Assembly (NCBI RefSeq): GCF_006345805.1
Contig: NC_043007.1
Span: 28,210,001 to 28,274,000, forward strand
From: Octopus sinensis
Lineage: Eukaryota
Length of the DNA: 64,000 bases
Reading direction: 5' to 3'
How positions within the stretch are numbered: position 1 is the stretch's first letter; every line of letters starts with the position of its first letter. Positions 51,802 to 63,899 of this stretch are shown here, in pieces. The translations under genes and the position numbers were made by a program. The notes under the pieces were generated by a model. That model saw only the letters and a program-made list of their open reading frames with translations. It ran no database searches and was not told where the DNA came from.

Positions 51802-52582
51802 CTAAATATTCACAAAAAAAGTAAAATTCAAATCAGTTAATTTGATCAATTATATCAAGAAAAAAAATCAAACAAAATTGTTGAGCGGTCAATTGAAGAT
51901 TGGACAAATCACGTAGTTGTTTAGGAAAATGATACATCCAACACAGCTTCTCCTTTCCAGTTGTAGTAATATTTGTATACTACTTGTTTGATTAGATCTC
52001 TTTCATAAAACGTCCCTTTTATCACTGTGGTAATGTAAAGTGTTCAACCTAGAACATGTTTAACTTTCAGATGAGTTAATTACTCTTGATAAACACTTTA
52101 TCAGCCAATCAAAACATCACATAAAGCTGAAAATGTTAGTGGTTACTTAAACTGTTAAAAGTTATAAAGAATTCTCATTTAACAATCCTGTAAACCCAAG
52201 GAGATATCATTCTTAATAAGTTTACTATATCATGGTATTACAGAGTATCTAATGGTATATATGGATATATGCTGGGAAGTATATCCAGATGGGTATATCT
52301 GTATTGGAGACAGATTTATGAAAAGAGTTCTCCACTATACAACCTGTAACCTCATAATAAATGGATTGTTCCTATTGAGACCAATTAGGTAAGATGATAG
52401 ACAAGCCAGTAATATGTTGAAGCTCAAGTCCATGAAACCTCTTGAACTCAATACTTCAGGTTTGATATATTTGTTAGTTATATAGTTGTCTTGTTTCTAC
52501 ATAATATACTTAAACCTGATTGGCTTACAACTGTTAAATGAAGTGGGCCAGTGTCTTCATCATACATAATGCACAAAGACTA

Positions 52583-54960
52583 ATCATCATCATCATTATT
52601 TAACATCCGCTTTCCATGATAGCATGGGTTGGATGATTTGACTGAGGGCTGGCGAACCAGATGGCTGCACCAGGCTTCAATCTTGATCTGGTAGAATTTC
52701 TACAGCTGGATGCCCTTCCTAACGCCAACCACTCCGAGAGTGTAGTGGGTGCTTTTATGTGCCACCGGCACGGAGCCAGTCAGGTGGTACTGGCAACAAC
52801 CTTGCTTGAATCTTTTACACATGCCACCGGCACAGGTGCCAGTAAAGCGATGCTGGTAACGATCATGCTTGAATGGTTCTTTTTATGTGCCACTAGCACA
52901 GAAGCCAGTTAGCCACTCTGGCAATGAACACGCTCAGATGGTGCTCTTGGCACCCTACTAGCATGGGGCTCAAGTGCCAGTAAGGCAACGCTGGTAACGA
53001 TCACACTCAAATGGTGCCTTTTATGTACCACTGGAACAGAAGCCGGTTAGCTGCTCTGTCAACAATCACACTCGTATGGTGCTCTTTGTACCCCGCTAGC
53101 ACGGATGCCAGTCATCAAATTTGATTTTGATTTCACTTGTCTCAACAGGTCTTCACAAGCAGAGTTTTAGTGTCCAAAGAAGGAAAAGGTATGCATAAGT
53201 GGGCTGGTTACACCCCTGGCATAGGCCACGAGGTTATGGTCTCATTTGACTTGCCAGGTCTTCTCAAGCACAACATATTTCCAAGTGTCAATCACTAGTC
53301 ATTTCCTTGGTGAGGCCTAAAGTTCGAAGGTCGTGCTTCACCACTTCATCCCAGGTCTTCCTGGTCTACCTCTTCCACAGGTTCCCTCAACTGCTAGGGT
53401 ATGGCACTTTTTCACACAGTTATTCTCATCCATTCTCGCCACATGACCATACCAGCGCAGTTGTCTCTCTTGCACACATCTGATGCTTCTTAGGTCCAAC
53501 TTTTCTCTCAAGGTACTTACACTGTCGAGTATGCATACTGACATTACACATCCATCGGATCATGCTGGCTTCATTCCTAGTGAGCTTACGCATGTCCTCA
53601 GCAGTCAAAGCCCATGTTTCATTGCCATGTAGCATGGCTGTTCGTACACATGCATCATACAGTCTACATTTTACTCTGAGTGATAGACCCTTTTTCACCT
53701 GCAGAGGTAAGAGCTCTCTAAACTTTGCCCAAGCTATTCTTATTCTAGCAACTACACTTTCACCGCACCCACCCCCGCTACTGACTTGGTCACCTAGGTA
53801 ACAGAAGCTATCAACTACTTCTAGTTTTTCTCTCTGGAATGCGATGGAAGCTATTCTCTGCACATTTTCAGAGTTTATTGCTCCAGAGTATCTGCCACAT
53901 ACAAAAACTATCTTCCAAGTTAGCCTTCCTTTGATATTACTGCACCTCTTATGTGTCCATAGCTAACACTGGGTACATTTTATAGATTTTCTACCTATGC
54001 CTCTACTACAGATCGAGCAGGGCCATCTACCTGAAGGGATTTGTGGTTTGCCTTCCTACTTATGAGGACTTTGGTTTTAGCTAGGTTGACTTTAAGGGCC
54101 TTCGATTCTAATCCTTGTTTCCACACCTGAAACTTCTCCTAGTTCTGACAGTGACTCAGCAATTAGAGCAAGGTCATCAGCATAGAGGAGCTCCCAGGGG
54201 CATCCTGTCTTGAATTCCTCTGTTATTGCCTGGAGGACTATGATAAATAGGAGGGGGCTGAGGACTGAGCCCTGGTGGACCCCTACCTCTAGCCTGAATT
54301 CTTCACTGTACTCGTTGCCAACCCTCACCTTACTGACAGCGTCCCTGTACATGGCTTGCACAGCTCTCACTAACCATTCATCTATCTCTAGTTTCCTCAT
54401 TGACTACCAGATAAGGTATCGGGGGACCCTGTCAAAGGCTTTCTCCATGTCAACAAAAGCCAGATACTTTTTCTGCAGCTGTCTTACTAGAAATATAGCA
54501 TCAGTGGTGCTTTTCCTTGGCACAAACCCAAACTGTATCTCATCTAAACCGACTCTCTCCCTAATTAGTTGGGCTAAGACCCTCTCCATGACCTTCATTA
54601 CCTGATCCAACAGCTTGATACCTCTGTAATTATTTGTATCTAAAGCGTCACCTTTACCTTTGTAGCAGTTGACTATAGCGCTGCTACACCAGTCATTGGG
54701 TATGACTTTGTGGTTAACTATATAGGTGACTAGGCTATAGCCGATACTGCCAGATATTTTGAGCATCTCTGCAGTAATTCCTGATGGGCCGGGGGCTTTC
54801 CCTGTTTCCATACTCTTAATTGCTTTATTTACCAAGGTACTGTCAACTCGGATAGCTGGTCCCCTCTGTTGGGTCGACATTCGGCATACTCTCTTTCTCC
54901 CTTTCATTTTCTTTATTCAGCAACCTTTCATAGTGGCATCTCCAAACCTCTCTCTTTGCA
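52583..54960 (-). mobile_element. 5'-truncated RTE-clade LINE with reverse transcriptase, C-terminus, 3' UTR and (ATG)n tail
   Basis: Frameshifted ORFs at 54404-54907, 54092-54400, 53426-53863 and 53338-53544 contain RT motifs (KGKGDALDTNNYRGIKLL, FVDMEKAFDRVP, GVHQGSVLSPLLF, LLYADDL, RWYGHV..GRGRP). The 3' UTR ends in the catcat tail at 52583. Confidence 0.95.
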
Positions 54961-54974
54961 GCCTCATCAAATGA

Positions 54975-55232
54975 AAAAAAAAAAAAAACACCATTTGGGC
55001 GTGGCCATTGCCAGTACTGCCTGACTGGCCCTCATGCCGGTGGTACGTAAAAGCACCGACTACACTCTTGGAGTGGTTGGCGTTAGGAAGGGCATCCAGC
55101 TGTAGAAACTCTGCCAGATCAAAATTGGATCCTGGTGCAGCCACCTGGTTCGCCAGTCCTCAGTCAAATCGTCCAACCCATGCCAGCATGGAAAGCAGAC
55201 GTTAAACGAAGATGATGATGATGATGATGATG
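54975..55232 (+). mobile_element. RTE 3' UTR copy, plus orientation
   Basis: Ends ccaacccatgccagcatggaaagcagacgttaaacgaagatgatgatg. Confidence 0.85.
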
Positions 55233-55852
55233 ATAATGTACCAAAGCTCACTTTGAAACATCCAAATGGAGCTTCTTAATATCAAATACTGCTTTTTTAA
55301 CAATAACAACTAACCACTGATTGTTATTAAGGAATTTTATCAATCAATGATATCTGTTTATTGATAAACAAAACTACCAAGAATTGTGTTGTGGCCATAA
55401 TCATCACTTGAACAAATTAAGGGGAAACGATTAGCTCGATAGGCAATATTTCGACTTGACTGGGAACAATCCTGTCAGCTCTTGTACAATATCTTATCCA
55501 TAAATGGGGAATGAATACAGATGTGATAAAAATAGGATTTAAACCGTATTTCTACACAATTTATGAGACAGTCAAGATAGTGCTAATTACATATTCCAAT
55601 ACAAAAATTAGTAGATATGATCAAAGCATTTGAAAAAAAAGAATAAATTCAGATATTACAGCAGACTTTTTTTTTCAGATATTACAACAGATTAACATCC
55701 ATTTTCTATGTTAACATGAGTGGGGAAATTATTTTTTTTTTTTCAGAACTAGACACCATAAATACTTTGAAACTTATTGATGTCTATTTAGACATCATCA
55801 AACACCTCAACCTCAATTGCTAAAAAATTGAAAAATTAAACAAGTTACTTAC

Positions 55853-55981
55853 TACTGATTGACAAATAGAACAAGAAGACTTGTTGAGTTCTTGTAAATG
55901 AAAGACAAATAAATTCCTTGCTTCGTCTCCATATAAAACAACAACATGACTAACAAGTTCATCGAAAGTAATCATTGATTT
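55853..55981 (-). CDS. DNMBP: Tuba/DNMBP-family BAR exon: KSMITFDELVSHVVVLYGDEARNLFVFHLQELNKSSCSICQSV
   Basis: Acceptor tttgcttctgtttcag, donor GTA|gtaagt, 129 bp, phase 0/0, open frame linking its neighbours. Confidence 0.8.
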
Positions 55982-56214
55982 CTGAAACAGAAGCAAAAAA
56001 ATATGATAGAAAACTGATTTTTTATATCACTTACAACTTTGTTGTTGGTCAGATTAATATCTATTTTATCAACTTAGGGAAGATGGAAACAATGAGAACA
56101 GAAGAGCAGAAAGTAAATACTTCCAGCAAAGCACTTAATCTAGTGTTTCAAACCATTCCTTCACCATTAATGTTAATAAAATAACACAGGTTATGAATGG
56201 CTTTTCAGAAGATA

Positions 56215-56390
56215 ATGAACATCATCAGCATCATTTCTGCTTTCCGTGCTGACATGGGTTGGAGGGTTTGACTAAAGATTGGCAAGCTGGGAGGCTGCAC
56301 CAGCTCCAATCTCATTTGGCAAGATTTCTACAGCTGGATGCCCTTCCTAACGCCAACCACTCAGAGTGTAGTGGGTGCTTTATACGTGTC
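56215..56390 (-). mobile_element. RTE 3' UTR end and tail adjoining the 66-bp array
   Basis: catcatcagcatc tail plus tgctttccgtgctgacatgggttgg...ggatgcccttcctaacgccaaccactc, the same family as 52583. Confidence 0.85.
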
Positions 56391-59300
56391 ACCAGTATGG
56401 GTGCCAGCCAAGCAGCACTGGCATTGACAGGCTCAAATGGTACTTTTTACATGTCACCAGCACGGGTGCCAGTCAGGCAGCACTGGCATTGGCCAGGCTC
56501 AAATGGTACTTTTTACATGTCACCAGCACGGGTGCCAGTCAGGCAGCCCTGGCATTGGCCAGGCTCAAATGGTACTTTTTACATGTCACCAGCACGGGTG
56601 CCCGCCAAGCAGCACTGGCATTGGCCAGGCTCAAATGGTACTTTTTACATGTCACCAGCATGGGTGCCAGTCAGGCAGCCCTGGCATTGGCCAGGCTCAA
56701 ATGGTACTTTTTACATGTCACCAGCACAGGTGCCAGTCAGGCAGCCCTGGCATTGGCCAGGCTCAAATGGTACTTTTTACATGTCACCAGCACGGGTGCC
56801 AGTCAAGCAGCCCTGGCATTGGCCAGGCTCAAATGGTACTTTTTACATGTCACCAGCACGGGTGCCAGTCAGGCAGCCCTGGCATTGGCCAGGCTCAAAT
56901 GGTACTTTTTACATGTCATCAGCACGGGTGCCAGCCAAGCAGCACTGGCATTGGCCAGGCTCAAATGGTACTTTTTACATGTCACCAACACAGGTGCCAG
57001 TCAGGCAGCACTGGCATTGGCCAGGCTCAAATGGTACTTTTTACATGTCACCAGCACGGGTGCCAGTCAGGCAGCACTGGCATTGGCCAGGCTCAAATGG
57101 TACTTTTTACATGTCACCAGCACGGGTGCCAGTCAGGCAGCCCTGGCATTGGCCAGGCTCAAATGGTACTTTTTACATGTCACCAGCACGGGTGCCAGTC
57201 AGGCAGCCTGGCATTGGCCAGGTCAAATGGTACTTTTTACATGTCACCAGCACGGGTGCCAGTCAGGCAGCCCTGGCATTGGCCAGGCTCAAATGGTACT
57301 TTTCACATGTCACCAGCACGGGTGCCAGTCAGGCAGCCCTGGCATTGGCCAGGCTCAAATGGTACTTTTTACATGTCACCAGCACGGGTGCCAGCCAAGC
57401 AGCACTGGCATTGGCCAGGCTCAAACGGTACTTTTTACATGTCACCAGCACGGGTGCCAGTCAAGCAGCCCTGGCATTGGCCAGGCTCAAATGGTACTTT
57501 TTACATGTCACCAGCACGGGTGCCAGTCAGGCAGCCCTGGCATTGGCCAGGCTCAAATGGTACTTTTTACATGTCACCAGCACGGGTGCCAGCCAAGCAG
57601 CACTGGCATTGGCCAGGCTCAAATGGTACTTTTTACATGTCACCAACACAGGTGCCAGTCAGGCAGCACTGGCATTGGCCAGGCTCAAATGGTACTTTTT
57701 ACATGTCACCAGCACGGGTGCCAGTCAGGCAGCCCTGGCATTGGCCAGGCTCAAATGGTACTTTTTACATGTCACCAGCACGGGTGCCAGTCAGGCAGCC
57801 CTGGCATTGGCCAGGTCAAATGGTACTTTTTACATGTCACCAGCACGGGTGCCAGTCAGGCAGCCCTGGCATTGGCCAGGCTCAAATGGTACTTTTCACA
57901 TGTCACCAGCACGGGTGCCAGTCAGGCAGCCCTGGCATTGGCCAGGCTCAAATGGTACTTTTTACATGTCACCAGCACGGGTGCCAGCCAAGCAGCACTG
58001 GCATTGGCCAGGCTCAAATGGTACTTTTTACATGTCACCAGCACGGGTGCCAGTCAAGCAGCACTGGCATTGGCCAGGCTCAAATGGTACTTTTTACATG
58101 TCACCAGCACGGGTGCCAGTCAGGCAGCACTGGCATTGGCCAGGCTCAAATGGTACTTTTTACATGTCACCAGCACGGGTGCCAGCCAAGCAGCACTGGC
58201 ATTGGCCAGGCTCAAATGGTACTTTTTACATGTCACCAGCACGGGTGCCAGTCAGGCAGCCCTGGCATTGGCCAGGCTCAAATGGTACTTTTTACATGTC
58301 ACCAGCACGGGTGCCAGTCAGGCAGCACTGGCATTGGCCAGGCTCAAATGGTACTTTTTACATGTCACCAGCACGGGTGCCAGTCAGGCAGCCCTGGCAT
58401 TGGCCAGGTCAAATGGTACTTTTCACATGTCACCAGCACGGGTGCCAGTCAGGCAGCCCTGGCATTGGCCAGGCTCAAATGGTACTTTTTACATGTCACC
58501 AGCACGGGTGCCAGTCAGGCAGCCCTGGCATTGGCCAGGCTCAAATGGTACTTTTTACATGTCACCAGCACGGGTGCCAGCCAAGCAGCACTGGCATTGG
58601 CCAGGCTCAAATGGTACTTTTTACATGTCACCAGCACGGGTGCCAGCCAAGCAGCACTGGCATTGGCCAGGCTCAAATGGTACTTTTTACATGTCACCAG
58701 CACGGGTGCCAGTCAGGCAGCACTGGCATTGGCCAGGCTCAAATGGTACTTTTTACATGTCACCAGCATGGGTGCCAGCCAAGCAGCACTGGCATTGGCC
58801 AGGCTCAAATGGTACTTTTTACATGTCACCAGCACGGGTGCCAGTCAGGCAGCCCTGGCATTGGCCAGGCTCAAATGGTACTTTTTACATGTCACCAGCA
58901 CGGGTGCCAGTCAGGCAGCACTGGCATTGGCCAGGCTCAAATGGTACTTTTTACATGTCACCAGCATGGGTGCCAGCCAAGCAGCACTGGCATTGGCCAG
59001 GCTCAAATGGTACTTTTTACATGTCACCAGCACGGGTGCCAGTCAGGCAGCCCTGGCATTGGCCAGGCTCAAATGGTACTTTTTACATGTCACCAGCACG
59101 GGTGCCAGTCAGGCAGCACTGGCATTGGCCAGGCTCAAATGGTACTTTTTACATGTCACCAGCATGGGTGCCAGCCAAGCAGCACTGGCATTGGCCAGGC
59201 TCAAATGGTACTTTTTACATGTCACCAGCACGGGTGCCAGTCAGGCAGCCCTGGCATTGGCCAGGCTCAAATGGTACTTTTTACGTGTCACCAGCACGGG

Positions 59301-59930
59301 TGCCAGTCAGGCAGCCCTGGCATTGGCCAGGCTCAAATGGTACTTTTTACATGTCACCAGCACGGGTGCCAGCCAAGCAGCACTGGCATTGGCCAGGCTC
59401 AAATGGTACTTTTTACATGTCACCAGCACGGGTGCCAGTCAGGCAGCACTGGCATTGGCCAGGCTCAAATGGTACTTTTTACATGTCACCAGCATGGGTG
59501 CCAGCCAAGCAGCACTGGCATTGGCCAGGCTCAAATGGTACTTTTTACATGTCACCAGCACGGGTGCCAGTCAGGCAGCCCTGGCATTGGCCAGGCTCAA
59601 ATGGTACTTTTTACATGTCACCAGCACGGGTGCCAGTCAGGCAGCCCTGGCATTGGCCAGGCTCAAATGGTACTTTTTACATGTCACCAGCACGGGTGCC
59701 AGTCAGGCAGCTCTGGCATTGGCCAGGCTCAAATGGTACTTTTCACATGTCACCAGCACGGGTGCCAGCCAAGCAGCACTGGCATTGGCCAGGCTCAAAT
59801 GGTACTTTTTACATGTCACCAGCACGGGTGCCAGTCAGGCAGCTCTGGCATTGGCCAGGCTCAAATGGTACTTTTCACATGTCACCAGCACGGGTGCCAG
59901 TCAGGCAGCACTGGCATCAGCCACACTCGA
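56390..59930. repeat. Tandem array of a 66-bp unit (~53 copies): cacgggtgccagtcaggcagccctggcattggccaggctcaaatggtactttttacatgtcaccag
   Basis: Period measured directly (cacggg at 56461 and 56527). The unit is homologous to the internal repeat of the RTE 3' UTR at 52580-53200, 49380-49900 and 34774-35180. Confidence 0.97.
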
Positions 59931-60689
59931 ATGGTTCATGCAGCTGGCAACACTACTTTTCAGGATATAAAAATTTGTTTGTTATTTTCAAACAGTAATT
60001 TTTTTGGAAAATCTACACTAAGCTAAAATAACAAACATCAATGGGTAATTGATTTTTGGACATTGTATAAAAACATAGGAAATTTAGGGACACAAAAAAA
60101 AAATCAATGAGAAATCATTTAACAAACCTGAAATTGAAGCTTTGCAGACAACTTTCACATGCAAATGCTACCAGTCGAATGCACACAGCCAGCAAGTGTA
60201 TGGGATCATCAGGAGAGAATGCACGCCATTTTGGGACCTACCTCTCGACGGCATCAATGAGCACCGGCCCCTCTCATTGATATGAGACCCTGCTTGCTAG
60301 ATCAACTGGTTATCAAATAAAGCTCAATATTCATCTAGCCATTGCTCATCATCTCTTTTTAACCAAATCCAGTACCCAGCCTTTTCCACTGTCGTTTGGA
60401 TATCGTTCATGGTGGTATTTACTTTATGATGAGTTAGGCCTAATGATAACAACAGTCACCTCACACTGTGTCCAATGAATCTTCTACATCCAATTTCATA
60501 TGGAAAATGCTCTGCTTTCCTGCCTCACGGGGGTTTACATGACGGGCAATCATTTGAGCCCAAGCGGCATCCATGTTATCTTCACAAAGAACCATTAACT
60601 CAAGTTGATTCCCTACTTTCTTTCTTTCACACCACATTATAATATCTAGCTTTTTTTGTAACTGGAACAGTAAAAAATCCTTGGCACCC

Positions 60690-61170
60690 TGGTAAATCTG
60701 CAGCCACCTCCCAATAGTTGTCCATACACACCATATGATCATACCAGCACAGTTATCTCTCTTGCACACCACATCTCATGCTTCTTACATCTAACTTTTC
60801 TCTCAAGGTGCTTACACTATCGAACATGCACACTGACACTGCACATCCAGTAAAGCATACTGGCTTCATTTCTTTTAAGCCTTCGCATTTCCTCAGCTGT
60901 CACAGTCCATGTTTCACTGCCATGTAGCATCATACAAAATGCCTTTCACTGTGAGAGAGGCCCTTTGTAGCTAGCAGAGGCAGGCGCTCTCTAAACTTTG
61001 CCCAGCCTAATCTTATTCCAACAGCTACGCCCTCAGAGCATCCACCTCCACAACTAACTTGATCACCTAGGTAACGGAAGCTATCTACTACCTCTAGCTT
61101 ACCCCCATGGCAGCTGATGGAATCTATTTTCTGTACATTTTTTGGTGTTTATTGTATCTGTGCATCTACC
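60690..61170 (-). mobile_element. Degenerate RTE C-terminal coding remnant
   Basis: Nucleotide similarity to 53450-53900 (ctctctaaactttgccca, gatcacctaggtaacggaagctatc). Confidence 0.8.
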
Positions 61171-61824
61171 ACACACTAAAGCTATTTTACCTGGCAAAAG
61201 ATTTTAATTAATCTATATAATTTCAAGCTGAACAAGTTTCGTTTATTTCTCTTTAATTTAACAGGAGCATCCAACTGTAGAAAGTAGCCAAAGAAGACAG
61301 CAGAGCTTTGCACAGCTGCCTGGCTTGCCAACTCCTATCAAACCAGTCAAAACCAGCCAAACCAACCAGCATGGAATGTGGATATGTAATGATGATGTTG
61401 ATGGCTGGTTTTTTTTTTTTTTCTTATCTACATATACAGAACAGAAAACTTTAAAACGAAACAGGTTTTAAGAGAATGATGTAAAGTCTGACAAGTTGAA
61501 GCCTGTGTTTTGACATTAGTAACCAGTTGCTATGTGAATCCATGAATTTTTTTCTTATCAATAGTACTGAGTCTCTGGCCAGAAGACTTAAGTGTCAAAT
61601 ACTTCAATACAAACTGTACTATTAGTTGGTACAATAACAGTAGTTAAGTATATTTGATATGGTATTTCATTAACAAAGTTTCAGTCTTTTTAAAAGTGTA
61701 GCTGAAATAAAGATACGGCAGGCTAAGATGACTTGCCTTAGAAATAAAACTAAGGTAACAAACAATTTAATAAGTTATGAAATCTCCTTTATAATGACAA
61801 AACTAAACATAGACAAAAGCTTAC

Positions 61825-61929
61825 CTCAAATTCTTTGAGGTAATCTTCAAGGTTCTTTTTTAAATCAGACACAGTTTTCTGAACAGAAATAAATTTTTGC
61901 AGATTACAATCAAATTCTTCATCTTCGAC
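61825..61929 (-). CDS. DNMBP: Tuba/DNMBP-family gene, most upstream coding exon visible (start of BAR domain): VEDEEFDCNLQKFISVQKTVSDLKKNLEDYLKEFE
   Basis: Acceptor ttttaatattatag, donor GAG|gtaagc, 105 bp, phase 0/0. Resembles the start of the DNMBP BAR domain (IKDEVFEETEKNF...). The symbol is a family-level call (DNMBP/ARHGEF37/38). Confidence 0.85.
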
Positions 61930-62986
61930 CTATAATATTAAAAGATAATTCCTCATTTATGATTGAGTCTCATGAAACAATGAAAATAAAAAGTTAGAAG
62001 AGTGCATTGACAAACCAAAAGATAATGATCATGAAAAATTATATAGTGGCAATAATGGATTGTTTCCTTGACAGAAGAATGGTTTGAATAAAACACATTC
62101 ATTGGCAGAAACAGCACAGTGCCAAACTGAATTTGGTTCAAGTTATCAACCAACAAGTTTTGTTGGGTAGGAAGGAATTATAAAACATTTGCTTCCATAG
62201 TAACAAGAGTAAACAAAAGAGAGTCTTTAGCAAAAACTCAACAAACACATCCAAAATTTAAAACTAAATCACAGAATTCAAACTGATTTTTAACTAGCAC
62301 ATATACTGTTGTTATTTTCTGACCAATAAATATTATTTTGAATTTAATTCTGCTTTAATGAAATAATTCAGATCAAAATAACCATATGTAGTCATAATGA
62401 ATGTAACTAAATCTCACGTTACATGTGAGACACTATAGTGACCAATGTGTCATCACAATTTCTTATTTAAACAATATTAATAAACATGTCATGACTGCTA
62501 CATCACAGAATTCATTTATACACAGTGAACTACATATATTCCAGGAATATACTTCAGATCCAAGTATACCACATTTCATTCTTACAAATGTATAAAATAT
62601 ATGCATGCATGCACATTTATGCATTGCAAGTACGATATTTAGAAAATATCTAATGTTTAATAAGCATGCTATTCTTAGTTTTTTATGACCATTTTACAGC
62701 TATTCAGAAAAAGAAAATTGTTATGGCTTCGTGTATGCGTGAATTATGCAACAGAATGAGTCACAGTTCTAAAGTAAAACAGTACCCTAAGAATCACATC
62801 TGCCATCTACATACAAAAGGGGAGAACTATTTTCTATCTGCCTTCAATGTGCCAGTTACTTTCAGACAATCCCAAAACAAAAAATCAAAAAACAAATTCT
62901 GTTGGACAAGCTCTGGGAAATGGCATGACTATCAAATTGGCTCGTTCAATGATTGCCTGTATGTCTTCCCCCATAATTAATAATAA

Positions 62987-63840
62987 CTAGCAGTATAACC
63001 CGGCCTTGCCCGGGATTAAGTTACGGTTATTAAGCTAATCAAGTTCTTTATTTCAAACCAAACTAAGTAATATCGATGTCAAATTTGGGCGAAATCCGTT
63101 GAAATTGGTTATATCATATATATATTGTATATATATATTATATATATATATTATATATATAAAATATAATATAATATAAATATATATGGGCAACGACACG
63201 AACACACATACGTACATACACCTATTGCATGTTTTGTGCATGCATAGATGTTCATAAACAGAAATGAATGGAAAAAATGTTGTTGAATTTATAGATTAAC
63301 ACTCGCACGATTTTCACTAAGAAAAAAAATCGTTTTTTTTTTTGCATGGAATCAACTACTCTGGTATCCTAATATGCTACAAAACCCTATTTGTGGTCCA
63401 TGAAACGGTGTGGGGTGTGGTGGAAGCCTCGGAAATTGTACCTGTGTATATTGTGTAATTCACTGACAAATTGTTACCTCTTTCTTTCTTTGTTGTTAAA
63501 TACATGGATTCTCAACAAAACACTTTTTTACTTGGCGTAAAATAAAAACAAAACTCTTTCGCACCCAAAGTAATGTGTGTGAGAGAGAGAGAGAGAGGCA
63601 GGGAGAAAGATGAACGATTTAAAATAAATAAATGATTTAAAATAAATATATTGTAATTGTTGTGTGAGAAAGTATAATACTATGATTATAAAATATAGTG
63701 TCTTTCAAAAATATCCTGAATTTGAACACTATATCTCGTGTTTAAGAAAAAACAAAACATTTTACATTTTATTTTTATGAACGTCGTCACTTACTCTCTC
63801 TCTCCCTCTCTCACGTCCTTCTCATGAAACTCTCTGCCGC
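62987..63840 (-). mobile_element. Probable non-autonomous Helitron (3' end clear, 5' boundary uncertain)
   Basis: Minus strand reads cccgggcaaggccggg (hairpin) ttatactgCTAG|t, the canonical Helitron 3' terminus. Internal AT microsatellite. Confidence 0.55.
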
Positions 63841-63899
63841 CTTCTTCCAAGATTGTGCCATTCTTTTCCATCTGTGCCTTTAGTAGAAAGGATTATTAT

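Noticed and set aside
55975-56184. 69-aa plus-strand ORF
   Set aside because: It lies in intron sequence antisense to a real exon boundary, with no homology or splice support.
56390-59930. CRISPR-like array
   Set aside because: There are no unique spacers (units are near-identical end to end), no cas genes, and the context is eukaryotic.
56259-60026. Three ORFs of 1177-1255 aa as protein-coding genes
   Set aside because: They are translations of a 66-bp tandem repeat that happens to lack stops, derived from a LINE 3' UTR. They are antisense to the host gene and swap frames at 1-bp deletions.
60461-60772. 103-aa minus-strand ORF as a gene
   Set aside because: It overlaps degenerate RTE C-terminal sequence.
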